DNA of 57,308 bases, counting the filler, from Sphacelaria rigidula (taxonomy: Eukaryota), in NCBI GenBank assembly GCA_964200075.2. It is 6 parts of 6 records of this genome, joined end to end, with 100 filler letters (N's around TTAATTAATTAA, not from the genome) between each part and the next. Parts side by side here need not be neighbours in the genome. Positions count along the whole stretch, not along the records: positions 19,138 to 28,605 come from CAXNAA020008425.1; positions 28,706 to 38,173 come from CAXNAA020008426.1; 4 more parts are not named here. One strand, given 5' to 3'. This document shows positions 20,503 to 32,449 of this stretch, piece after piece; positions within the stretch are counted from its first letter, which is position 1; every line of letters begins with the position of its first letter. Under the pieces are notes generated by a model that was not told where the DNA came from, did not search any database, and saw nothing but the letters and a program-made list of their open reading frames with translations. The translations under genes were made by a program, and so were the position numbers.

Positions 20503-22470
20503 CCTCACAACTATGACCTTGCGGCTGTGCAGATGCCGTTTATTTAGCATGTAGCACGCCGCTGATTCATTAATTCGTGAGACAAGTAATGTGCAACCCT
20601 GTGAAGTTCAGTCCTTCCCCTGACGAGGTGTCTCGTTTGCACCCCACTTTCCCCCCCTGTTCGGTAGAAGTCTGTTGCATTTTGCCCTGAACCCTTGTTG
20701 TTGCTTCCCCGCCGAAGTCGTTTTGAGTTTTGCTGCCAATTCGGGCCGTGTGATCGAATTTAAAACCGCGTTGCGGAGCTTGCTCACTGGTCTGGCGCTG
20801 ACTTGGCTACAAAGCTGCAGCACCTCGTTGAAGGGCTTCACAGCGTAGTCCAACCTAAATGATTTGGGGCATAAACACACTGTTGGGATTCTTCGAAGCA
20901 TTGATCTCGAGGGTACGTCGCCTGCTGAGTCGGCATCCATTTCACTTGAAGAAAGTGTGCGTGATCCAGATATGGGAGAATATTGCACTGGGCTGCAGCA
21001 ACGAGTCATGGGGCATGTCAGTCCGTGATCATTCCCGAAAACGTCGGCTGCTACTCACCCGCGTAAACAAAGCAGCGTGTGACCAGTGTGGCGTAGCTGT
21101 GTCCAGCGGCGTCCCTCGAGTCCTGACGAGAAACGAAACAAAAGAAGACGAGCATGGCAGCTTGCCTACCCACGACCCCCGCTTTGGTTACTAACGGCGA
21201 AGCACAAAACCGACGTCCTGCGAAAAGGGATGATTTTGTCCGCACTGGACGCAGCTGGAACCAGTAGGCCTTGAGGGTTCAACGGGCCTGACTGAAACAC
21301 CGCCTGAAACACTTTTGCATCTACACAACAACTAGTCCGAACGAACATGCACAGGCACCAGCACACTCCGTTCATTACTGGGAGAGGGCCGGTCGTGTTT
21401 CTGCGACCAAATTTGCTCGCAGCGGAGTCCTTTGGCGTTTATGAGAGTCAAAAGGAGCTTTTATGTCACCACCTCTGGTGAGAGTCTTTCACGGCGACCG
21501 TGTGATGAACTATCGTGCCGTCAATTTTAAACCGGTTTTCCCCGAGGCAGAAAGGTACTTCCATGATGAATAGTCACAGCTTGAGCTATTCCTTGTCTAT
21601 GCTGGGACTCTGAAATACTAGATGTCGTGCGCTTGTGCCTCTGGTACGTGCATATCACAGGTAAAGTAGCTGTGCTGCTGGTTTATGTTGCCCTTCTCGG
21701 CGAACAGGCCAAACAAATCCGGATAGGTTGGAGATGAAATGTTCGAATGCGAGTGCCGCCGCTTCGTGTACCTCCGGGGGTGGTATCGGTATCGCAGCGA
21801 CTGATCACCATACTTCTTTCGCTAGCTTCTTGAGTGGATAAGACACCCCCCCCAGGGTTTTTTTCGGAGAACGCAAATGCTACTCGAATACACGTTAGTA
21901 CAGACGCACTTCAGGTCACGTGTGAAACTGAAACTTTCCGAGGATGACGTTTTTACTTTTTCGCCAAGTATCGGGTGTCCCAGGGATTTTGTGGGGGTAA
22001 CATGCCGTTCTAAAATCTATGATGACTGGCGGAATAATTGGAAAAAAAACACGTCCTCGGAGAGTATCGTGTTGTGCCAATGTACATCGGCGCCAGTTTC
22101 ATGTTTCCAGAGTCTGACCCCAACAACCGGCGCGATGTTTTGCGGATGAGTTTGCTGATGTACACTGTGCACGGTACAACCTCCTCGCTGTACGATTCCA
22201 TCACACAGTCGCAATGCCTTTGACGGGCACGTCTTAGGTGAAAACAATCTCGCAGGGTACTACTTGGTATCAAGAAAGCAGTACTGAAAACTGGCAAGCT
22301 GCATGATGGAGATTTATAAAACTGGCCTTCTGGAACTCGCCGTGAATTTGTCCGCACTGGACACAGTCGGAGACAGGTCCGGAAATCGTCATGGGCGGGG
22401 GTGACTGAAACACATGAGTGAAACACGGTACATTTACCCAAACGAGTCCGGGCGAACACGCATAGGCACC

Positions 22471-22620
22471 TGCGATGCGTGGGAGGACCACGTGCTTGAA
22501 GTACCGCGCCGTAGTTCGAAACACCTCGGGATCGACGTTGGTCAAAACCAATCGAGCCAGTCCTTTCAGGGACGACACTCCTGACCCCGACCCCAACACT
22601 AGCCCTGAGTACAACCCTTT
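22471..22620 (-). mobile_element. Partial, diverged copy of the TTAGGG-MITE in reverse orientation
   Basis: TGCGATGCGTGGGAGGACCACGTGCTTG...CGACGTT...AAAACCAATCG...CCTGACCCCGACCCCAACACTA matches the reverse complement of the MITE right half. Confidence 0.75.
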
Positions 22621-23061
22621 CCCGACCGGTTGTGTTTCGTGTCACGGTAATCCGTCCAGTATATTGAAGGACGTCCGGTCGTGAGTCTGCGGCGGAAGTT
22701 GCTCACAACGAAGTCGTTCGACGTTTGTGCGAGTCTCGAACGGCGACCGCCTGACAAAAATAGATGTGAAGAATCATTTTTGAACCGATTTTCCTCGAGA
22801 CCGCGCCGATCAACTTGTTTTCGTGTCGAAAACGTGCGTTCAAATCGAATGTGCTCGTTGTCATTCGTTCACGCTATTTATTTTCTCAGATGGTTAAGAG
22901 AACGTGAATGCGGTTGATGAATCAGGTACGAGCACATTCCATTCCTTTGGACGTTTTCAAGTCAAATACATCGTTTTCCCATCAACAATGTTTTCGTGAG
23001 ATTGAGGCCGAGTCTTCTCATCAAATTGTTCTGGTGTCGAAAACGTGCGGTCGAATCAAGT

Positions 23062-23207
23062 TCGCTCCTCTTTGATGAGTCGAAAGCGATCAATTGGCGA
23101 ATCAACTGTTTCAATTCCGAACTGCCCCTTGGCAAGGCCCGATATTCTTTCTGTAGTAGCTTGTCACTGAGGTCCTTGATATCCTCGAGTAGGATATCGG
23201 CGTGTAG
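23062..23207 (-). pseudogene. Orphan protein-kinase-like exon (subdomains X-XI)
   Basis: DLSDKLLQKEYRALPRGSSELKQLIRQLIAFDSSKR resembles L..KI....Y.PLP..S.EL..LI..LL..DP.KR; cag acceptor at 23208; no clear GT donor and no other kinase exons seen. Confidence 0.45.
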
Positions 23208-23931
23208 CTGTGAGCACACGCTAGTAGTGATGAAGGGAAATAAGAGCACACACGGAATGAAAAAATGGCCAAATTAAAGCGAATGACCAAAGCCACCCTC
23301 AATCAGCGTTCTACTCTTACCTCACGAAAACGATGCTCATCGTGATCAGACACGGCCTTATTCAAAACTGTGGTGCTCTTAGCAAGACCAATAGCTACGG
23401 GTTATGTTCGTTGTCTATGCTGGGACTGTGACATTGGGAGTTTATGTGACCTTGTGCGTCGGGCCTGAGCTTTGTCACAGGTGCGGATCACAGTGGTGGT
23501 CGCGGTGCCGATTCACATTGCTTCTGTTGTCGGGTAACAGGCCTAAACGTCGTGATGAGCTGATGGACAGTTTTCGAATACAAGCACCGCCATTTTGTGC
23601 GATCAGCGGGTGGTGTTGCTGCTGGGCTTTTTTCGATCCTGCTAGCAAAGTTTCCAGCATAATGACACCTCGATAGCGCAAGAAGCAGGGCGTTTCAGCA
23701 AGGTGCAAACAACAGCATACGAGCTGGAGGCGGATGTGTAGTTTGCACGGGCATGTGCCGGCAAATATGTGGAGTGTGAAGAATGAAATTTGGTATGGAC
23801 GAAGAATAGGGCAAAATTAAAAAATATGCGCTTGGATCTGAAGAGGTATCTCAAACTCGGCGTCCCGGTATCCCGGTATGATATTTGGCTCTTCCCATCC
23901 CACACACATACACACATCATCTGATCGCCCC

Positions 23932-24282
23932 GCCCCGGTGGCTCAGTCGATACTCGCGGAACCTTCTGACTGTTGGATCGTGGGTTCAATTCTCGGAGCG
24001 ATCTGGAATTTTTTCTCACACACAGTGCCCAACAGTAGTGGAGAGCGACTATGTCGTGGGTGCACAAAATTCGACTTGCCAGTCGACGAGGGAAAGGGAT
24101 TGCTGGACCCCTCTCGCGATAAAAAATAATGGCAAGCATCGTAAAAGGAATGTGGAGTAAAAACAAATAAAAACGAAAAAGCTCCTGTGTTGACCTTCCT
24201 GCGTGACCCCGGCTGATGCGCCCACGTATACCGAAAGGTGTAGACCGGCGCCCAAAATAAAATGCACAACAACACAACACAC
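23932..24282 (+). mobile_element. tRNA-derived SINE, family 1 (full length)
   Basis: A box TGGCTCAGTCG and B box GGTTCAATTC; conserved body; (ACAAC)n tail; homologous copies at 24545-24830 and 46553-46897. Confidence 0.8.
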
Positions 24283-24544
24283 GAACCATCCCGCACCCGA
24301 TTCAAGGATATCTCCGAAAACCAGTAGAGTTATCTCGAACTCGATCCCTGCAATATTTTCATTTGAAAAATGGATGTGAGCCACATCATCCCGTCGCGCA
24401 AGCTCTGAGCCCATGACACGCACACCCCTGCTGCGTCACATCGCCGCCACGGTCTGTTGGTCATTCATTTTCAAGTGCAAGCAGCAGTAGACTTTACTAC
24501 TTGGGAGGGTGAGGATAGATGCCGGGAAAATGTTGCAATTTTAG

Positions 24545-24830
24545 ACAGGACAGTCTAAGTTCGCTGTGTGTGTGTTATGTTGTCGCCCCATTTTTTCTCG
24601 GCGCCAGTCTACCCCTTTCGGGATATATGGGCGCATCAGCCGGGGTCACACAGGAGGAAGGTCAACACAGGAGCTTCTTCTTTTTTATTTATTTTTTAAT
24701 ACCCCACCTTCCTTCTGCGGTGCTTGCCTTTTTTACTTTTTATCGCGGGAGGGGATCAGTCGTCCCTTTCCCTCGTCGACCGTTAAGTCGAATTTTGCTG
24801 TGCGTGATTAAAATCGCCGCTCCAAGTCAC
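24545..24830 (-). mobile_element. SINE family 1, 5'-truncated, inverted relative to 23932-24282
   Basis: GGGCGCATCAGCCGGGGTCAC...GAAGGTCAACACAGGAGCTT...CCCTTTCCCTCGTCGAC is the reverse complement of the body of the upstream copy. Confidence 0.8.
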
Positions 24831-25009
24831 TGTACTGCATAAGAGGCACGGCTGAATGTTAGTTGTTCCGGTTCAGGTGAAACTGTAAACCACGCATGTG
24901 TCGTCGCCCCTCGCTTCTCACTCTCCCCAGCAACCCAGTTTTGCTTCCACAAGTTTCTCTTGCAAAATAGGTCGTTTGATATTTTAGGTCTGAAGCGCCG
25001 AACTACACT

Positions 25010-25070
25010 ATTTTGATTTTCCTTAGTCGTTTGACCTTTGACCACGCATCCCTTTCGAGACGGAGAAAAA
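25010..25070 (+). repeat. Dispersed repeat GTCGTTT.ACC.TTGACCAC.CATCCC; other copies at ~29010-29055 and ~57270-57308
   Basis: Direct sequence match across contigs 3, 4 and 6. Confidence 0.65.
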
Positions 25071-26389
25071 CCGGAGGGGGGCGGTCAAAAGGGGGTTAGG
25101 GAGCGGGAAATTTCGGGGTCTACGGGCACGAAAAAGGTCACGCCATATCGTCACTCAAAGCAGCAACTTTTGCTCGAAAGCGTTTGGAACCAATGAGACA
25201 GTGTTTCATACTCCTTGACACCGTGTTAACCCGAACGAGGCGCACAACGAGCGTTGTGTTCTCTGACACAACAAACTAGCTGTGAATACCTGATTTTTGG
25301 GCGAGCTATCAAACCACCCCCCCGCCCCCCCCTCTCCTAGGCCCACATGTTCTTTAACTCGCTGCAATACTTTGCTGGATATATGTTTCTTTCGTCGGGT
25401 GCTCAGCCGCTTTCCGCGATTTATACGACGAAAACCCTGTGCCGACATTCCAGGCCGTGATCCCTCAAAGTCAGCGGGCACAGGCGGTGAAGGAAAATAC
25501 CTAATCACGATCGGCTCGGCTAGCCTTCAACCCTGGTGACGAAGTGCCCCCCCCAAAACTCCGAGACCCCATGTACCCCCTTCTCCCCTCCGGCGGTCGC
25601 AGGATTTTTATTTTTCACGTTAAGAAACACTCAACGAATAAATAGCCATCTCGGGGCGACTTGGGCGAGATAGCGCGCATGATCGTTGGCCCTATTTTCC
25701 ACCACAAGATGTGACGCACATTGGACGCAATTTGGCGGTCGAGATGGATGCCTTAAACTGGATTGAGCAAGCATTGCAGATCATTGTGGTATTTGGCTAG
25801 TCATGTTCTAGTCGTGGAAGTGTGATGTGCAATATATCGTCGAAACCCATAAATATAACTTGGTCTTGGCTCCGAAGGTATGCGAAGAATTAAAGCTTCA
25901 TAAGACGAAGTTTTGTTTTCTATATACTTTCTATTTAGAGCTATTCATCATTATTTTTTTCATGTACGAGAATTAGCGAATGCCCCCCCCCCCCCGAAGA
26001 ACTCCAGTATCCAAAAAAAGGGCACATGGTCTCGAATTTTGTTTTTCGGGCACTCTTGTCAAAAGAGATATTTCGTTTCGTCGCTGATCGGAGTGAGGCC
26101 TCGGTAGCCCCCCCTGCGGAGAAGGAGTGTGTTTCAAGAGGCAATATCTACGTGCGAATCAAAATGACGGTTGCTGAGCGCACCGAGTAGCTGGAAAATA
26201 TCCGTCAATGCTGTCCCCGTGGGGCAGTTCATGCGGTCTGAAACCAGCTGCCGCGCAATGCAAAACAAATATCGTGATGGTTCAGGGGCCGGTGCGGAGG
26301 TCGGCTTTCGGGGCTTCGTGTAGGGGGTATGAGATTTCGACTTGAAACGGCTTCAACTTTCTGCTATCCCCTTCCTCGTAAAATATCTT

Positions 26390-27940
26390 GTCACTTTACT
26401 CGCATCAGTGGTTTGATGCTTGAAAAAGAAGCTGGTATATCTGGAAGCTCCCGCAGTGGGAACCTGGTCGAGCGAAACAAAACGACCGCGGACTGGCCAC
26501 GATCGTACAGCGTTTCAAAGCAAGACATGCATGTCAACAAAGCTCATAGCTGGTCTACTAGACAGTATCACATTCTACCACACAGCTACTCCCGCCTCGC
26601 GCACGTACGTTCCTGAAGCGCACAACGTCGCCTTACACAACATGCGGACACCATATTGCAATGTACCAGCACGACGACGGTAGCACCGACCCTTTCAATT
26701 GCAAACCCCGCGAAGCATCTTCTCGCACCGGCAACAGGGGCTTCGAGCAAGAATCATCATCCGTGATCGTTACAAGACCAAGTCTTCACTCAAAAACGCC
26801 ACGGCAATCCTACCGAACCGATAAAGAACATCGCATGAGGGGAGTCCTATAAAATTACCGCCCGTAGTTCCACAGCTTCATTTAGATCCATTATATTGTC
26901 CGCGGAGTGCCCGGTGACGCTCTCCATGAGGCTATCCGCCGACCTGCGGTTGATGGCCTGGTTCTTGAGCTCATTTATGAGAGTCACTGTGATAGCGGAG
27001 AATTCATAGCCCATCGTATTCAGATAACGCACAACTGTTTTTTCTTAGAATGGTCCTGCTCATGCGGGTTGAGAATGGCGCCCTCCGATTGGTGACACGT
27101 CATGATCTATCTCATCGAACAAAGCTAGACCCTGCGGGCCGTGATTTGTCTCATTAGGTCCATCTGAGGATGAATACAGTCCGGCGCACTTTCCGAGAGA
27201 CGGATGAGATTTTCGACCGTGGGGCAGGTGGCTTGATGTTGAAGGGTAGACCGTAGCCTCGAAACAATCCCTCCTCACTCTCACCTTCTCCAGGATTGAT
27301 TGCAGCCGGGTAGTGAAACCTGCAAGTACTTCACAGCATGAAAAGTCGTCCCAACGCCTGCCGCACCAAATGGAAAACGCACTGCAGGACTGATGAGCAC
27401 ATCAAGCAATTTTGAGCCGAACAACGTCGGATGTAACGGAGGGGGCGCATTTGAAAAGCAGAATAATACCTCATGTATCGTCACGAAACAGCAAAAGCAC
27501 ACTCCGTGACAAAATATTCCAAGGGTCGGACAAATGATGATTCGTCTGGAAATAACTTGGTTTTAGTATAGAGAGTCGACTCGTGACGAATCAATCCCTA
27601 GGCTTCATTTCAGCGTTGCAACCCAGGTACACGCAGCCCAGACACCTGGAATGGCGCAAAAGTTGCGTAGATACTCCTTGGACCAGCGATCATATATTTT
27701 ATCCCTCCTGGACAATCAGGCCGAAGAAATCATAAAATTGGTGATTTTGAGTCGTGATGATTTGTCCTAACCGTGAAATCTTCGCAATTATTAATCGAAT
27801 GAAGAGACAACAACATTCAATGCCCGCATCCCCTTTCTCAATTCATGCGGTGATGGGAGGGTCCTAGTTCGGCAGCGATAAGTTTCACCTTGACCTGCAC
27901 CAAATACGCGACAAAGCTGGGCCAGTGTGCAACGTAAGTA
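26390..27940 (-). pseudogene. Helitron Rep/helicase (PIF1-type) relic
   Basis: Ordered degenerate motifs on the minus strand: GAGQGETYRCR (cf. P..GE.YYLR), GAAGVGTTF (Walker A), LEKVR...AT....SHLPHGRKSH (cf. VR...AVA.SGIAA.LLPGGRTAHS), LALFDEI (Walker B), GDVVRFRN, FRSTRFPLR (cf. F.R.QFP.R). Confidence 0.7.
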
Positions 27941-28274
27941 AACTATTTAGTGACTGCTTGCCTCACGATATCAGAGCAGTGCTTTATCTCTAATTGCTGA
28001 ATTCAGATGGTTTCACTGGTACCTCTGGGCAATATCAAGCAAAACGCACAAAGCGGGGCAGATCCACAAACACCACTCGTTTTTCTGAAAGTGTACCGAT
28101 CGACCTGAAATTGTACCGTAGGCTACTTTTTGGGCGAAAATTACCAATCTCGCTCTGATATTTCATACAATATTCCAGTTGTTGAATCATGGACATGTCG
28201 CCGAACGATAAATGCCCAGAGAAATGTAAGCCTGGATCGCAGAAAATACCCAAGTCCATCGAAACTGATATTTT

Positions 28275-28605
28275 TCGGGGATGTGTACGGAGGACAATCC
28301 GCTCCGCGATGCGGATTTTTTTTTTCGAAACCTCACGGAGCGGAGCGGATATCCGTATGTGTCCAAAATCACGGATTATGACGGTCGGATATCGCCACTG
28401 AAAATTCACGGATTATTGCGGAGCGGATATCCGCCAACGAAAATGTCACGGTGCGGTGCGGATTTTTTTTATATGGTACGGAGCGGAGCGGATATCCGTC
28501 AGTGGGAAAACTCACGGATTTTTACGGGGCGGATATCCGCCCATGAAAATGTCACGGATTATTGCGGAGCGGATATCCGTGGCATGGATTTTTTCACGGA
28601 GCGGA
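28275..28605 (+). repeat. Array of (GCGGA)GCGGATATCCG motifs, probably a DNA-transposon terminus cut by the contig end
   Basis: About six CGGATATC(C)G units interleaved with TCACGGATT; starts CGGGGATGTG, similar to hAT-type termini. Confidence 0.65.
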
Positions 28606-28705
28606 NNNNNNNNNNNNNNNNNNNNNNNNNNNNNNNNNNNNNNNNNNNNTTAATTAATTAANNNNNNNNNNNNNNNNNNNNNNNNNNNNNNNNNNNNNNN
28701 NNNNN
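28606..28705. other. Artificial contig linker
   Basis: Same N44-TTAATTAATTAA-N44 structure. Confidence 0.98.
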
Positions 28706-28720
28706 GTCACGGCATAAACG

Positions 28721-28930
28721 CTGCCTCATGGGTGTCTCACCATTTGAACACTACGCAGTACGATCATCCCCATTGTGCGGAGTTGAGGTTCTACCACGCC
28801 GCACAACATGATCTAGCTCGGCTACCATCATGGTAACCGCAGAGGAAAACGCAAGCATGCAAACAAATCGGCAACCCTGGTTGCCTAGCTTCCGAAAGCG
28901 CCATCGCCAACCGATGCCAACCCCATCAGG
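28721..28930 (+). repeat. Diverged ~210-bp direct repeat; second copy at ~30881-31107
   Basis: CTGCCTC...GTACGATCAT...GCGGAGTTGAGGTTCT.CCACGCCGCAC..CATGATCTAGCTCG...CATCGCCA.CCGA.GCCAACC collinear in both. Confidence 0.8.
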
Positions 28931-31649
28931 GATCCGCCTCTACAAAGCTGGGGTGGAGTGGCCGGATTTTCGCCGGACCAGGCTGGGGGCGGGTCGTACT
29001 CAGATGTTGTTCGCCTTTGTCGTTTGACCATTGACCACGCATCCCTTTCGAGGCGTAGCAGACGACGATATGGGGGCGGGGGGGGGGAGTTCTTGGCAAT
29101 GTTGCATCAATGCACTTTGGGCCGCGCAGAAGGGCTTCCGGGTGAACGCGTGATTTTTTGCTTCGATTGACATCGCGTGTATGCGGCTGATGCGAAGTTT
29201 CTGACCTACAACAACAGTTCCATGCCATACAGTCGTCATGAGTACAATAGTGGTGGATCGTCAGGGGGTTTTCGTATTAATAATAGGATAGCGGCCTTGT
29301 TGTCAGCTGCGGATGTTGTTGTTTTTGTTTTTTTCTCTCGTTTGTGAGCGTTCTCTGTGTTCACCCAACACATGTCGGTCCCTGTTGTCCACGTGGCAAC
29401 GATTTTGATGTAAAATCGTGGGTGGTACCGTGGGGGTTCGGTTGTTGGTGTTTGGTCATGATGCTCCGTGATTGTTCATGATGTGTATTTCGGATAGCAC
29501 ATCCGTACTCTCATGATTGTCAGTTGTCAAGGAAGTCAGTTCCCGTGTCTTGCGTTCTTCTCGTGTGCCTGTGCTGTACAGTGATGATACTTGATCACTT
29601 CCGAGCTTTGTGGGTAGTCGACATCCCACACAATTTTTGTACGGATAATTCTGCACTACTGTACTATATCCCGTTATTGTTGTTGTTGTTGTTTTGAGAA
29701 CCGTCCTGAATCCTTCGGGGACTACTTGTAGAGCTTTTTCACGAACATCGAGTTCCTGAGGACCGACGCCCGGATGGGTAGGGTGACTCGTGTACAGAGT
29801 CAAGCTAGGGGACATTGTTGGAGGTTTGGTCGGTGCGGGACATTTTTGTTTTCATTTCCCAAGTCCGACACCACCTGGGGGGCACTCCCACCTTGGTGCC
29901 TATCCATACATTCGCCAGACATGTCTACCCTCGGGTGGGCATGTTTGACGGGTGGAGCGACTCGAAGCGCTGCACGAAACTAGAAATAGCTAAGTGCATG
30001 GTTTAAGGTTCCTTCCTGTCCTCTGGGGATAACAAAGAATGAAAAATCGAGATCGTTCGAAGGTTCGTTGAGGCAATACGAGGTGCTTGTCCGTAAAACC
30101 ACATTTCACAAAATCGGTATGCGTGGCGAAGGAGTTCAGCCACTCAAGTCTGGGTAAATGCGCGTGTGCGTGGAAGCACGCCCACGAGGATTCGAACAAA
30201 ACATGCGCTCTTTTGCTGTCTTACTCGTGTTTCTTGAGAAGGTCACTTGCTCTAGGTATGCTTATGCCACTGAGTAGCTCGACTTTTTCACACCCAAGTT
30301 AGAGGGGGTTGCGAACCAGTCTCGTTCAGAGGTTGTGACGCGTACGCATTTGTTTGTTGTGTGATGCCGCAATAGCGCCCCTCAGAAAAGTGGCTGTTTA
30401 GTGGGCGCAAAATCTACATGCCAATCAAAATGTTAAAAGACGAGCTCACGGACAGCTGGTAAGTCTCCCGCTTGTAACCGTTTTTGCCAGTGTCGGCCAT
30501 GTGAGGCTCTTCATGCAGTGTGAAACAAGCTATGATGCGCTATATGGCGATTTTTTTCATGACAGTTTTGGGGTTGGTTTAGCGGGGGGGAGGGTGAACT
30601 GTACACATGATTTCGCATGCCACAATCACATGACCATTGACCTCGCATCCCCACAAAGCCGGGACGGAGCACGCCGGGTTATCGCCGGACCAGACTCGCA
30701 CTCAATCACTCAGCGCGAAGCGTCGTGGTACGCTCGGCGAGTTGCATGAAAGGGGAGCCGCGTCTTGCTGAGATTGTTCGGCCCGAAGCACACTGATTAT
30801 CTTGCATTTGGATGACAGCTTACAATGAGTTGCTTTGTTTTTTGGTATCGCCACTTCCAGGGAGAGCCACGGCTTACACACTGCCTCTTGGGGTAAGTCA
30901 CCATGTAAACACAACGTAGTACGATCATATCCTTTGCGCGGAGTTGAGGTTCTCCCACGCCGCACACCATGATCTAGCTCGACCACCATCATGGCTACCA
31001 CGAAAAACACGCAAGTGCGCCGAAAAATCTGTAACCTGATTACCTATAGCTTACGCATTGAGTAGCGTTTTGCGACGTCATCGCCAGCCGACGCCAACCG
31101 CATAGGATGCTGTCGCGGCATCACTCTGTTGTACTTGGTCAAAGCGTAGACACCGTGGTAGGACGACTTGTGAAAACGGCAACAGTGTACTTGCACGTGA
31201 ACTGATGGTCATGTTGATTCTCACGTGATGACGCGTCCACTGCAAGCATGTTTTGACTTCTCGAACAAGTACAACCTTCGTTATTCATTTTATATACATG
31301 TCGTCCTTCACTTGTCCGAAAAATCAAATTTAACCAACCATCGAACCCATCCATCCAATCCCAACCAACTAACCAATCAATGAATTGATCAACACATGTA
31401 TACAGTACCCCCTCTTTTCGTGTCCACCAGGGCCGGTAAATGATTACTATTTACATCCGTTCACCAAGGACCCCAGTCCATGAGACCGCGGCTGGACTCC
31501 TGGGGGATCAGTTGAAGTTCGACAATCAATTAGTCCATCAATGGCATCAGACTTCGTGATGATAAGTTCATTCTGATTGATCCAAACACGGAAATCAAGG
31601 GGGATCTGGGCATATGTATTTTTTGTAAAAACAAGACGTACCTACTCCA

Positions 31650-32240
31650 ACAACTCTCTCCTTCGCGTGAGTTGGCCCCAGCTGCCGCACCGTGGGGAGT
31701 GCATCGCATCCGGCATTTGACGGGTTGCGCGGGTATCGCATACCGTGATATGCGTTGGTATGGAAGATATTGAAATATCGAAATATCTTCCTTACGGGTA
31801 CGACATGTTTCGACATTTCAAACTTCCGTAGGTACCTCACGAACACCTTGTTTACTCCCGAGAAGACAGACTTTAATTCGAAACAAACTGATAGTGCTAC
31901 TCACAAGTTACCACACACCATACTTCCAGATACGCACCCGGAATCGATATTGAAAAGGCGAGAAATAAGTACCCCTTCAAATCTGCGCCGCAAACCCGCG
32001 AAACACATCGAGCAAATGAATGCTCTCAGCGATCCAGCGTGATGAATGAATCACTATTTTTCTTCAACTCCATGCGTAGCCCTCTCCGGGACATCCGGTC
32101 ACTACCCGCACACGACACTGACACCTGGATATTCGGAAGTTCAAGCTACCAACTTGTCTTCAACTAAACACCACGTCATTCGCCGCAGTGACCCCATTCC
32201 TCTAAACTCTTCACAGTACACCGACCGGGAATAAGGGTGA
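31650..32240 (-). pseudogene. Ty1/copia RT C-terminus/RNase H relic
   Basis: Fragments QVGSL, LKKIVIH and VALSVCFELKSVFSGVNKVFVRYLRKF resemble VGSL, HW..LK.I..Y and VALST.EAEY.A...LR. Confidence 0.4.
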
Positions 32241-32449
32241 GGCGCAGTCCGACCTCATCACTGCTGTCACGTACTTCGTGTGTGTGAAGCAGCTATCAAC
32301 TCCTCCCCACCATTCATCGTCGACGAACAGGGTAAGTTGTCACATGGATACTCATGTCCAACCGAGCGGTGGACCGCCGTTTCTCACGCCACCTCTGGCA
32401 AGTATCGGAAAACAAAGAGACGACCTAAGGTTGGAAAACACTGATCCAA

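Noticed and set aside
23932..24005. tRNA genes (also 12895-12960, 46553-46625, 49730-49800)
   Set aside because: A/B boxes are present but there is no proper cloverleaf; each continues into a repeated body or a retroposon-like tail, so these are SINE or repeat heads.
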